Both the position numbers and the translations under genes were made by a program. Below are positions 49,982 through 59,754 of a stretch of DNA of 64,000 nt, one piece after another (within the stretch, counting starts at the first letter, position 1; each line of letters starts with the position of its first letter). Below the pieces are notes generated by a model that saw only the letters and a program-made list of their open reading frames with translations, did no database searches and was not told the origin of the DNA. The stretch is from an uncultured Fibrobacterota bacterium (GTDB taxonomy: Bacteria; Fibrobacterota; Chitinivibrionia; Chitinivibrionales; FEN-1185): the NCBI GenBank assembly GCA_963753345.1, contig CAVWBU010000016.1, forward strand, positions 1 through 64,000, written 5' to 3'.

Positions 49982-51524
49982 CCCCCGCACCCGTCTCGGA
50001 CGGTTGTTTCGCGGCCGGTGCGGTCCTCACGAACCGATATTCAAGCGGATCGACACGATCCTCCTGCACCCGGATCGCAAACGAACGGGCGCTGCCCGCG
50101 CTGTCAAAAGAGAATACGGGATAGCTTTTTCCGAAATACCTGTCGCGCCAAATGCAGACCATGGTATCGCCGTTCACATGCCACAGCACGCCGGCAAGCC
50201 CCGGATGCGCCGTGAGGTGCAGCACGCAGTCCCTGCCGGACCGGAAAATACTGGCAACGCCGTACAGGTCGCTGGTGTAGGTACCGAGAACTGCATCAGG
50301 TTTGGCGATCCCGAGCATGGTTCTTGAAGGAACCGCGTGCGCCGCGCGCTGCCCGGTCTCCCATTGCTGCAGGAGAATCCCGCTCCAGTCGCGCGAAGGA
50401 ATCCCGAGATAGCCGTCGAGGACCTCGAAGAAGACAGCGTCGTGCAGACGGTGATTGTCGCAGTTGGTGAGCACCGCGATGCCGAGCCGTTCGTCCGGCA
50501 CGAAACCCACGCGGCACATCATGCCGTCGACGCCGCCGGTGTTGTACACCAGCATGCGGCCGTAGTAGTCGCACAGCATCCAGCCGAGGCCCGCCGCGTT
50601 GAAATTGGTGGCCGGAAACAGCGCTCGCGACCCCGAATCGGCCGGAGCGACCATGTGCGGCGTGCGCGTTTCCCTCAAAACGCCGGAATCCACCACGACT
50701 GCGCCGTTGAATTTACCGTTGTCAAGCTGCAGAAGCAGCCACCTGGCAAGGTCCTCCGCCGACGAATGCATGGCGCCCGCGGCTCCCATGTTGTCGAGCA
50801 TGCGGTAGGTGATGGGCGTCACCTTGCCGTCGACAATGGTGTGCGGTTCCGCAACGTTGTTGAACTTGAACAGCTCCCGCACCGACGTTCCGGTGCGCGT
50901 CATGGCGAGCGGATCGAGCAGCCGTTTCTTGACAAGTGCGTTCCATGGCATTCCCGAGGCCGCGGCGGCGACCCTGCCTGCCACGAGGTACATCAGGTTC
51001 GAATACCCGAACCTGCTCCTGAGCGCGAAATCCGGTTTGAGGAACCGGAGCCGGGAAAAAATCGTGTCTTCGGTGTTGAGGGAGCCGTACCACAGCAGGT
51101 CCCCGCTGTGGGTGGCAAGGCCGGTGCGGTGCGACAGGAGGTCGCGCACCGTGAGGCCCGCGGTGCCGCATTCATCGAGGAGCCGGAACCACGGCAGGCG
51201 CCGCGAAACCGTGTCGTCCCACGAGAGGATTCCGTCCTTGACAAGCAGCCCGACGGCCGTCGCCGTGAAAGGGGTCGAAGCAGGGCCGATGGCAAACACC
51301 GTTTTGCCGTCCACCCGGCTGCCCTCTCCCCTCCTGCACACGCCGTATCCCCGGCACGCGACAACGGAATCGTCCTTCACGATCGCGACCGCCGCGCCGG
51401 GCACGCGCCAGGCCGATAGGCACGTTCTTACGCATGAGTCAAGCGACACCGCCGAAGCGAAGCCCGCTGCCGGCACCGAGAGGCCCAGCAACACCAGCGG
51501 CAGGATCGGCGGCACCTTCATCAT
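49938..51524 (-). CDS. Serine hydrolase/beta-lactamase-family protein with DUF3471-like C-terminus; lacks SxxK
   Basis: Signal peptide, VPGAAVAIVKD, TVRDLLSHRTG, FGYSN, AAGAMHSSAEDLARW. The SxxK position reads FAIGPASTPFT. Confidence 0.88.
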   Translation of the reverse strand: MMKVPPILPLVLLGLSVPAAGFASAVSLDSCVRTCLSAWRVPGAAVAIVKDDSVVACRGYGVCRRGEGSRVDGKTVFAIGPASTPFTATAVGLLVKDGILSWDDTVSRRLPWFRLLDECGTAGLTVRDLLSHRTGLATHSGDLLWYGSLNTEDTIFSRLRFLKPDFALRSRFGYSNLMYLVAGRVAAAASGMPWNALVKKRLLDPLAMTRTGTSVRELFKFNNVAEPHTIVDGKVTPITYRMLDNMGAAGAMHSSAEDLARWLLLQLDNGKFNGAVVVDSGVLRETRTPHMVAPADSGSRALFPATNFNAAGLGWMLCDYYGRMLVYNTGGVDGMMCRVGFVPDERLGIAVLTNCDNHRLHDAVFFEVLDGYLGIPSRDWSGILLQQWETGQRAAHAVPSRTMLGIAKPDAVLGTYTSDLYGVASIFRSGRDCVLHLTAHPGLAGVLWHVNGDTMVCIWRDRYFGKSYPVFSFDSAGSARSFAIRVQEDRVDPLEYRFVRTAPAAKQPSETGAGANGRRDASAKPSPR

Positions 51525-51585
51525 GGTATCCTTGACAGGTTGGACTCCGGCAACCGCACGGGGACAGGAATGACCCGCTGCGGCA

Positions 51586-53911
51586 TCACCCGCCCTTTTT
51601 GCGCACCTTGTAGGCGTTTTCCACCATCGACTTGAAGAGCTTGAAGTCATTTGCCGGCATGAAGCGCTTGAGCGGCCGTTCCGCGCGCTTGAACTCGGCA
51701 TAGGCCGCTTCAATCTTGTTGTCCCGCATGAGCCCGTTGATCTTGTCTATCGCCTCCTGCTCCTTCGATTCGGCCGGCGCGGTCTGGCCGGCTGCAACAG
51801 CCGGCGCGGCCTGCTTCTGCTGCACCTCGACCGCAAGCTGCATCACGGCCTGTTCGAGGGTGTTGAACACCTGCACGTCCACGAATTGGGCAATGAATTT
51901 CCTCTCGTCTTTGAATTTGTCAAGCGCTTCCGCCGCCTGTTTCCGGTCAAGCATGTCGTACAACTCCATCACCTCGTCCTGCGCCTTCTTCTGGTTTTCC
52001 CTGAGGCCGGCAAGCGACACCTGCACCGATGCCGGCGGCGGCGGGGCTTTCTCCTTCTCTTGAGGGGCAACGGCCGGCGGCGGAACGACCGGTTGCGGCG
52101 CCGGCTGGGATTGCGCTTTCGCCTGCGCAGAGGCCCTTTTCTGCGCTTCGATTTCGTCCCTGCGCTCCTTCTCCGCCTGTGCGACGAGTTGCTGCTGCCG
52201 CTCCTGTTCGGTGCGGGCAGCGCGGTCCTTCTCCATCTGCTGGGCCTGCTCCCTGATCCTGCGATCTTCGTCGGCCTTTGCCTGCGCCTGCTGCTTTGTT
52301 GCCGCGTCGATGCTGTCCCTGCGTGCCTTCTCCTGCTGGGCAGCGAGCTGTTTTTTACGGTCCTGCTCCTGCTTTAATGCATTGATGCTGTCTCTGCGCG
52401 CCTGTTCCTGCCGGGCGGCAAACTGCTTTTTGCGGTCCTGTTCCTGCTTTGCCGCGTCGAGGCTGTCCTTGCGCGCCTTCTCCTCCTGCGCAGCGAGCAG
52501 CTTTTTGCGGTCCCGCTCTTCCCGTGCGACACGCTCCTGCTGCTGCTGCACCGTCTCCTGCTGACGCCGCAGTTCCTCTTCCCCTTTTGCCATGCTGTTC
52601 CTGTCTGCTCCTGGCCGCCTCTACGCTGTCCTTCTTCGCATTCTCCTGCTGTAAAGCAGCCTCGCGGCGGCGTTCCTCCTCTGCGCGTGCGACGCGGTCC
52701 TTCTCCTGCTGCAATTCCTCCTGCTGATGCCTGCGCTGCTCCTCGACCTTTGCCTGTACCTCCTGCTTGCCCTTTATTGCATCGAGGCTGTCCTTGCGCA
52801 CCTTTTCCTGCTGGGCCGCAAGCTCCTTCTGGCGTTCCTGCTCGGCGCGGGCGGCACGGTCCTTTTCCATCTGCTGCGCCTGCTGCTGGCGCCTGCGTTC
52901 TTCATCAACCTTGCCCTGCTGTTCCTGCTGTTGCTTCTTGACCGCATCAAGGCTGTCCTTGTGAGCCTTTTCCTGGCGGGCAAGCTCCTGTCTTCGCCTG
53001 TCTTCTTCCTGTTTCGCCTGCAGATCCTGTTGTCGCTTCTGCGTTTCGAGGCTGTCCTTATGCGCCTTTTCCTTCATGGCCGATTCCAGTTTGAGGCGAT
53101 CTTCTTCGGCCTTGCGTTTTTTTTCCTCCTCGGCCTTGACTTTTGCCAAACGTTCTTCTTCCTTCTTCTTTTCCTTCTGTTCCTTCTCCAGCCTCGCCCG
53201 ATCGGCCTTTTCCTTCTGCTCCAGCTCTTTTTTCGCCTTTGCCTCCTGAACGTTCTTGATGCTGTCCGCATGGGACTGAACGATTCTCTGCGCCGTCCTG
53301 AGGATGTAGGGATCGGTGGACGGGTCAGGCTGCTGTCCGCTCTCCAGGGCCTTCAGCGTGCGCGCCAGCGCGTCCCGCTCCCGCGCCTGCTGAATTGCGG
53401 GCGCTTCCAGGAGGATCTTCTTCTCCACGGCTTCGATCTTGACTTCAGAAACGCCGAAGCCGCGAAGATCGTTTTTTGTGTACTGCAGCGCCGAATCGAC
53501 GCCCTGCGACTGGAGAATATCGAGGCTGATCTTGACAAGAGAGTCTTCCCTGGACCCCAGGGCGGCCTTCACCTTGTCGATCCTGGATTTGAGGGCAACC
53601 GCCTCTTCCTGCGACATGCCGCTCTTGATCTGCTTGAACTGGTAGTCGAGCAAGTCGATCTCGCTCCGCGCACTCTGCAGCTTGTTCTGGTCGAGATACC
53701 CGTTCGCATCGGCGAAGTTCTTCTCTATTTTCGCCTTCTGCTTGTTCGCGTCCGACTTGAACAGCTCCTTCTGTTCCGCGGCCTGGCACGATCCCGACGA
53801 TAAAACTTGCGTTGCAAGAAATCCGACGGGCGCCGCGCAGAGACACAGGAAAAACAAGGCGAAGGCTGAAAATCCCGTCTTCTTCCCGCCCGCACCATGG
53901 TGGGTTTTCAT
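51586..53911 (-). CDS. Long charged coiled-coil (TolA-like) exported/membrane-anchored protein; +1 frameshift at ~52590
   Basis: N-terminal hydrophobic segment and E/K/Q/R-rich repeats. ORFs 52355-53944 and 51586-52593 continue the same repeat pattern across a one-base shift. Confidence 0.78.
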
Positions 53912-53954
53912 GGATGTAACCTCCATTGATGTCTTGTACGTCAACTGCCGTCCC

Positions 53955-55904
53955 TTATCCCGCGGTTGTTCGGTTCCGAGTCAGGTTGATCAGGCCGCCG
54001 GCCAGAAGAATCGTCTTCTGCCTCGACGACAATTCGACATTGAGCGTGATATTCGCGCCGGTTGCCGTGTTTACGAGCGCGACCTGCCCCGCCTCAATGC
54101 CCGAATACGCGTCCTTCACTTCAAGCGTGTCTCCCGGATTCAGGGCGTCATAGTCGGCCGGATTGACAAATACCGCCGGTACAATGCCGAAATTTACCAG
54201 GTTCGCCTTGTGAATCCGCTCGATGGACTTCGCCACCACCATCTTGACGCCGAGGTACATGGGGCATATCGCCGCGTGCTCGCGCGAGGAGCCCTGGCCG
54301 TACGATTCTCCGGCGACAACCACGTTGTGGAGTCCCTTTTTCCTGTTTTCCATGGCGCGCGAGGCGAATGTCTTGTCCTGCCTTTCAAAAACAAACTCCG
54401 CATATTTCGGAATATTCGACCGGTATTTCATGCGGCTCCCGGCGGGCATGATGTCGTCGGTGGTAACCTTGTCGCCGAGACGGATCGCAACCACGCCGGA
54501 AAGCGCCATGGGATATTCCTCGCCTGCGGGCGGCGCGCCGATGTTGGGCCCGCGTGCGATTTCAACTTTCGAGGTCTTTTCCGGCGGACGCACTATCATG
54601 CTGTCGTCGACAAGAAACTTGTCGGGCATGTCGATCGACGGATATTTCTGGCCGTCGAAGTACTTGACAGGATCAACTATCTCTCCCGCAAGCGCGCATG
54701 CAGCGGCAGCCTCCGGGGAGACAAGATACACCTGCGCGCTTTCGGTGCCGCTGCGGCCGAAGAAATTCCTGTTGTTTGTCCGGATCGAAACGCCGCCCGA
54801 CGCGGGCGCCAGCGAATTGCCGATGCAGAAGCCGCACGCGTTTTCCATGACGCGCGCCCCGGCGGAAATGATGTCGCCGAGAGCGCCGTTGCGGCTTATC
54901 ATTTCCAGAACCTGGCGCGAGCCGCACGAGAGCGCCAGCGACACATGCTGGGCGATTTTCCTCCCGCGCAGGACGCCGGCCACCAGCATCAGGTCGCGAT
55001 ACGATGAATTGGTGCACGACCCGATGCACACCTGCTGCACCTTCGTCCCCGCGATGTCGGAGAGCCGTTTCACGTTGCCGGGCGAATGCGGCGTGGCGGC
55101 AAGCGGTTCCAGCGTGGAAAGGTCGAGATGAATGACGCGGTCGTAGCCCGCGTCGTCGTCGGCCGCCATGGCATGGAAACAGTCCTCCCTGTCCTGGGCG
55201 CGCAGAAACGCCCGGGTGACATTGTCGGACGGAAAAACCGACGTGGTGACCCCGAGCTCGGCGCCCATGTTCGCGATGGTGGCGCGCTCTGGCACGGTGA
55301 GCGTCTCAACGCCACGACCGCCGTACTCAATGACGACGCCAACGTTCCCCTTTGTCGAGAGGATCTCAATCACCTTGAGGATCACGTCTTTTGCCGACAC
55401 CCACGGCGACAGTTTTCCCTGCAGGTCAACCTTGATCACCTTCGGATAGGTCAGGTAGAACGGCCCGCCGCCCATGGCCACGGCAACGTCGAGTCCGCCC
55501 GCGCCGATGGCGATCATGCCGATGCCGCCGCACATCGGGGTGTGCGAATCGCTGCCCAGCAGGGTCTTGCCCGGACACCCGAAGCGTTCCAGATGCACCT
55601 GGTGGCAGATTCCATTTCCGGGACGCGAGAAAAGAATGCCGTATTTCTGCGCAACAGTCTCAAGGTATTTATGGTCGTCCGCGTTTTCAAACCCGTCCTG
55701 CACCGTGTTGTGGTCCACGTAGGAGACCGAGACCTCAGTCTTGACTTTTTCAAACCCGAGCGCCTCGAACTGCAGGTATGCCATGGTGCCGGTGGCGTCC
55801 TGGGTGAGGGTCTGGTCTATTTTGATCCCGACCTCGGTTCCGGCAACAGGCTTGCCTTCCACTATGCGTTCATCGAGGATTTTCTGGACGAGGTTCTGGG
55901 ACAT
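53955..55904 (-). CDS. Aconitate hydratase (short AcnA/homoaconitase-like family)
   Basis: TQDATG, DHN, GSDSHT, IGSCTN, CGFCIG, NRNF.GR, GQGSSREHA. Confidence 0.95.
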   Translation of the reverse strand: MSQNLVQKILDERIVEGKPVAGTEVGIKIDQTLTQDATGTMAYLQFEALGFEKVKTEVSVSYVDHNTVQDGFENADDHKYLETVAQKYGILFSRPGNGICHQVHLERFGCPGKTLLGSDSHTPMCGGIGMIAIGAGGLDVAVAMGGGPFYLTYPKVIKVDLQGKLSPWVSAKDVILKVIEILSTKGNVGVVIEYGGRGVETLTVPERATIANMGAELGVTTSVFPSDNVTRAFLRAQDREDCFHAMAADDDAGYDRVIHLDLSTLEPLAATPHSPGNVKRLSDIAGTKVQQVCIGSCTNSSYRDLMLVAGVLRGRKIAQHVSLALSCGSRQVLEMISRNGALGDIISAGARVMENACGFCIGNSLAPASGGVSIRTNNRNFFGRSGTESAQVYLVSPEAAAACALAGEIVDPVKYFDGQKYPSIDMPDKFLVDDSMIVRPPEKTSKVEIARGPNIGAPPAGEEYPMALSGVVAIRLGDKVTTDDIMPAGSRMKYRSNIPKYAEFVFERQDKTFASRAMENRKKGLHNVVVAGESYGQGSSREHAAICPMYLGVKMVVAKSIERIHKANLVNFGIVPAVFVNPADYDALNPGDTLEVKDAYSGIEAGQVALVNTATGANITLNVELSSRQKTILLAGGLINLTRNRTTAG

Positions 55905-56036
55905 GATGAGTTTGGCCTTTGAAAAATTCTATTTCTATCTCTATGTGTTTAAGAAACAAAGCTGGGCGCCCTGAGGCTTTGCCGCGGCGGCCAGCCCCTA
56001 CCAGCATTTCAATCTATTTTCCTGCGGGGGAAAATC

Positions 56037-57947
56037 CTATTTCTCTCTCAACTTCTTCAGCACCTTTACAACCGCACCTTTGTTCAATAAATCCCTCATG
56101 ATTATCGGATGGTACGGATCGTCGCCGGGGAACACGGCAAGGAACGGCACGCTTCGCGAGCCCAGGGCGTGCAGCAGCGACTCGGCCTGCGGATTCGCCC
56201 AGGTGAGGTCGGCCCTCAGGGCCAAAACGTCCTTCTTTGCCATAAGGCCGGTCACCTCCCTTGCGGAAAGCACGGTGATCGCGTTATACTGGCAGTTGAG
56301 GCACCAGTTGGCCGTGAAATCGACGATGACGTGCCGCCCGGTGGCGTGAGCGTCAAGGAGCAGCTTGGGCGAGAAATCTTCCCACTGCACCTGGTTTCGC
56401 TCGGCCGCAAGCGCGGTCTGGTACGAGGTGTTCCTGTAGATGACGCCGAACGTAAGGTAATACCCGAATCCCGCAATGGCCAGCGCTGCGATTGCCGCAA
56501 CGGCCTTTTTTGACATAGGCGAATTCCACGGCGCATAGCGGAAGAAAAACACCACGGCGAACGCGATCGCCACGCTGAACCCCACCGCGCTCACCACCAT
56601 GTCTTTGGGCAGGCCGAGGAGGAAGTACACGGCGGCGCCGAGCAGCAGTATCCCCATGAGGTGCTTGAAGTCCTCCATCCATTTGCCCGGTTTGGGGATA
56701 AGTCTTACCAGCGTCTTGCTGAACGAAAAAAGCACGTAGGGAAACGCCATGCCCGCTCCTATGGACGCGAACACGAGGAAGATGATGACGGTGGATTGGG
56801 TAAGCGTCCAAGCGAGGGTGGCGCCAAGAAACGGCCCGCTGCACGGCGTGGCAAGCAGGGTGGCGAACATGCCCCGCAGATACTCGCCCAGGAATCCCTT
56901 TCCGCTTTTCCGTTCGAGGTTGGCAATGTTGGACGGAACCACCAGAACATACACGTCGAAAAGCCCGAGCGCGAACACAACCGTGAAAACGATGAGCGAA
57001 ACGAGAAACCACGGGCTCTGGAACTGCTGTCCCCACGAAAGCTGGGCAAACGAGGCAAAAGCCGCCAGCGCCATGAACACGGTCATGATACCGCCGGAAA
57101 AAACGAGGCTGCGCGCCAGCACCGTGCGGCGGGAGGCGCCCCCGGCCTTTGCAAGCGACAAAATTTTTATCCCGAGGACCGGCAGCACGCACGGCATCAC
57201 ATTAAGAATGATTCCCGCAAGGAATCCGAAAATGATGGCAAGAAGAAAATTCATGGAGATTTTCTTCTCGACCGGTTCATATTCCCATGCACGGGGTTTC
57301 ACTTCCGGAACCTCCTGCAAGGCCGAAAACGAAAGTTGCCCCGGCGGAGCAGCAGCGGAAAGCCGTGCCGCGAGCACCTGGAAATCCATGGGTTCGGCGT
57401 CCCCAAGCAGTGCGCGCAGATACGGCGCGGTATCGAACGGAGCGCCGCCGGCCTTGCCGGACGTCTCGATCCTGAATTCGGTCTCCGTGCTTACCGGCAC
57501 GCACGACGACGCGCATACAAGGCCGTCAAAGAATATCGTTCCGTCAATCGCGCCTGCGCCCGTGCTGTCGATAACGCCTTCAAGAAAGAAGTATGCGTCC
57601 TTTTCATACGCCCACACCCAGTCGCCGATTTCCGGGTAGAAGCGCCTGGGTTTGGTCTTGAGAAGTCCGTGCCAGGTAACGCCAGGGTCGCTGTACACGC
57701 GGAGTTTTGAAGGCTTGCCGATCCCCGGGCCGAGGGGATTGCCGTATAAATGGTATTTGTCCGGGATCGAGACGTGCAGCGCGGCGATCACCGTGTCGCC
57801 GGCGGCATAGGAATGTTTGTCGAGTGTGATGGAGGAGGTGAGGTCCTGCGCCCAAAGGTTCCCGCTATGAAAAGTGACAAATGCGAGAAGGGCAAGCGGA
57901 AAGGTAATTAGTTTCTTCAGGTGACAGGCATATCCCATAGCATCCAA
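56037..57947 (-). CDS. dsbD: Thiol:disulfide interchange protein, DsbD family
   Basis: N-domain CASSC, NVMPCVLP, ATPCSGP, PKPGKWM, thioredoxin DFTANWCLNC. Start codon uncertain. Confidence 0.9.
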   Translation of the reverse strand: MDAMGYACHLKKLITFPLALLAFVTFHSGNLWAQDLTSSITLDKHSYAAGDTVIAALHVSIPDKYHLYGNPLGPGIGKPSKLRVYSDPGVTWHGLLKTKPRRFYPEIGDWVWAYEKDAYFFLEGVIDSTGAGAIDGTIFFDGLVCASSCVPVSTETEFRIETSGKAGGAPFDTAPYLRALLGDAEPMDFQVLAARLSAAAPPGQLSFSALQEVPEVKPRAWEYEPVEKKISMNFLLAIIFGFLAGIILNVMPCVLPVLGIKILSLAKAGGASRRTVLARSLVFSGGIMTVFMALAAFASFAQLSWGQQFQSPWFLVSLIVFTVVFALGLFDVYVLVVPSNIANLERKSGKGFLGEYLRGMFATLLATPCSGPFLGATLAWTLTQSTVIIFLVFASIGAGMAFPYVLFSFSKTLVRLIPKPGKWMEDFKHLMGILLLGAAVYFLLGLPKDMVVSAVGFSVAIAFAVVFFFRYAPWNSPMSKKAVAAIAALAIAGFGYYLTFGVIYRNTSYQTALAAERNQVQWEDFSPKLLLDAHATGRHVIVDFTANWCLNCQYNAITVLSAREVTGLMAKKDVLALRADLTWANPQAESLLHALGSRSVPFLAVFPGDDPYHPIIMRDLLNKGAVVKVLKKLREK

Positions 57948-58040
57948 AAATATAACGCGCGATTGATGTGAGTTGTTATTGATGGCGATAAATAACCTCT
58001 AAGGGGGAAGTTCAGCCCGTCTCAAAACTCAAGAGAAGAT

Positions 58041-58218
58041 TTGGGCGCCCCGCCGAAGACGGCGGCGGTTCTCCTTCCGGTCTCGGCCAAGGCCTCGGGC
58101 TGCCACGGCCCTATTCCTTTTGTAGAGACGCAGCGGCGCTGCGTCTCTACAAAAGGCGGGTCCGGGCAGCATCGTGCTCCAGCACGACCTCCAGTCGCCC
58201 CTGGCGCGTGGCATCAGG
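58041..58218 (-). repeat. Structured repeat family A, copy 1 (contains a GTAG REP)
   Basis: Reverse complement TGCCACGCG..GACTGGAGGT..GCCCGGACCCG..ATAGGGCCGTGGCAGCCCGAGGCC..GACCGGAAGGA..CGCCCAA aligns with 61137-61336. Confidence 0.85.
58122..58150. repeat. GTAG-family REP palindrome
   Basis: GTAGAGACGCAGC-GGC-GCTGCGTCTCTAC, extended by CCTTTT/AAAAGG. Confidence 0.85.
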
Positions 58219-58302
58219 ATTGTTTCACAATCAATACATACCTGACCAATAAGAATTCATTGCGCTACTTTATTATTATTCGGGAGGGCGCAAAAAATAA
58301 TT

Positions 58303-58508
58303 CTTGACAGAATATATTTCTGTTGCCGCGCGTTAGGTGGACCGGAGGGTGAGCTAGAGCGAATTGCCGACTGACCGCGGCCCGAAGGGCCCTCGCGGCA
58401 GGCGGCAACGAGGCGGACAGCCGAGCCCGCAGGGACGACGCCTCGAAGCACCCGAAGGGGTGGACCGACCCTCGCCTTTGTCTTGACAAAGGCGAGGGGG
58501 ACGCCCAA
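58303..58508 (+). repeat. Structured repeat family A, copy 2
   Basis: CTTGACAGAATATATTTCTGTTGCCGCGCGTTAGG...GAAGCACCCGAAGGGGTGGACCG-hairpin-ACGCCCAA. Confidence 0.85.
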
Positions 58509-58569
58509 GCGTTTTTTCTCTTTTATGAGGTCTGCCAACATATCCACGAAATCAATTATTTTTATCTTC

Positions 58570-59067
58570 ATGTTCGACTATAACAAGAACGAATTTCTGC
58601 GGGAAATCTTCTTCAAGACCAACGTCCTGCGGAAACCCATTTCCGGCATTGTGTCGGGATACCACGAACTCCCCTACATCCTTGTCGCGCCCGACGAGGC
58701 CAACGAATCGGCTTCAATCGAAATCAACGGCAAGATCAATGTCTCGCCGAAATTCATCGTCACGCCGGGGATGCTGGGAGAAACCTTCGGCGAGGTGTTC
58801 GACCCGGAAACCTTTGACAAGGAACTGCAAGGCAGGCTGTTCTCGTTTGCCTACGGCAGCAAAAAAAACGTGAAGGTCGAAAGCGAGTATTTCAACATAA
58901 AAAACGTGGAGGAAAAACCCGAGGATCACCTGACCAGGGTCAACGACCGGCTTGCCGTCCAGGAGAACATCAGGACCGGCCTCATCTTCGGCCCGCGGTT
59001 CAAGTATTACCCGGTTTCGATTGACAAATTCATCAATGAGATCGTTGACAGAGAATTCAGGGTGTAA
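58570..59067 (+). CDS. Hypothetical protein
   Basis: 165-aa ORF MFDYNKNEFLREIFFKTNVLRKPISG... with host-like codon usage. Confidence 0.8.
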   Translation: MFDYNKNEFLREIFFKTNVLRKPISGIVSGYHELPYILVAPDEANESASIEINGKINVSPKFIVTPGMLGETFGEVFDPETFDKELQGRLFSFAYGSKKNVKVESEYFNIKNVEEKPEDHLTRVNDRLAVQENIRTGLIFGPRFKYYPVSIDKFINEIVDREFRV

Positions 59068-59096
59068 TCCGACAAGTCAATAAAAGGATTTCAAGC

Positions 59097-59244
59097 GGGG
59101 GAAGTATCCCCCTCACTCCGGCCCGGCCGCGCCACTTCACAAATCAGTATCCTGAATTGCGCGTCCGGTCCTCCGCTACCCCCTCCAGGGTGACCCCCAA
59201 GTGGAAGCAGCTGCCGAATCAAACACCTGTGCGGGGGCACCCGA
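59097..59244 (+). repeat. Structured repeat family B, full copy
   Basis: GGGGGAAGTATCCCCCTC..GCCCGG..CGCTACCCCCTCCAGGGTG..CCCAAGTGG..AATCAAACACC.GTG.GGGGGCACCCGA; matches 60879-61027. Confidence 0.85.
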
Positions 59245-59310
59245 GAAAAGCGTTGAACCGGTTTCCACCATTACTCTATTTCACTTTATAATTTCACAAG
59301 GGAATTAACG

Positions 59311-59751
59311 ATGTGGCTTTTCGGATTCTACCGTTTGTACATTTCCCTCTGCGCCGGCATCGCATGCTGGTTCCTTATCGCACGATCAATCTGGCTTTCG
59401 ATGCTTGCCGCGCTGGCGGTGCGAGCCGTCTGGTTCGCGGTCGAAATGATTGTTGAGAGAATGGCGGTTGAAAACGACTTCAAACGCCATGTTTACTCAT
59501 TCAAACAGCAGCTCGGCCCCTACGGCATCCGCGTTGCCAACCAGGCGGAAAAGGATTTCAGGACAAAAAAAAGCCTCGCTGAAGTCTTTGTCTCGGATTC
59601 CGCGAGGCTTGCGAAAAACATCGACCAGCTCAGGATGCTGGATACTCTGTTCAAAGCGGGAATGCGCCCCGATAATGACGCATGGCTGCTTCACGACTGC
59701 AAACTCAAGTACGGAACGTACCGCATTGAGCAGGACAAGGGCGGCCGCTAA
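59311..59751 (+). CDS. Hypothetical membrane protein
   Basis: 146 aa, two N-terminal TM segments. Confidence 0.8.
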   Translation: MWLFGFYRLYISLCAGIACWFLIARSIWLSMLAALAVRAVWFAVEMIVERMAVENDFKRHVYSFKQQLGPYGIRVANQAEKDFRTKKSLAEVFVSDSARLAKNIDQLRMLDTLFKAGMRPDNDAWLLHDCKLKYGTYRIEQDKGGR

Positions 59752-59754
59752 AAG

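Noticed and set aside
52727-53803. Leu/Phe-rich 358-aa plus-strand ORF resembling a membrane protein
   Set aside because: It is the antisense reading of the E/K/Q-rich coiled-coil gene.
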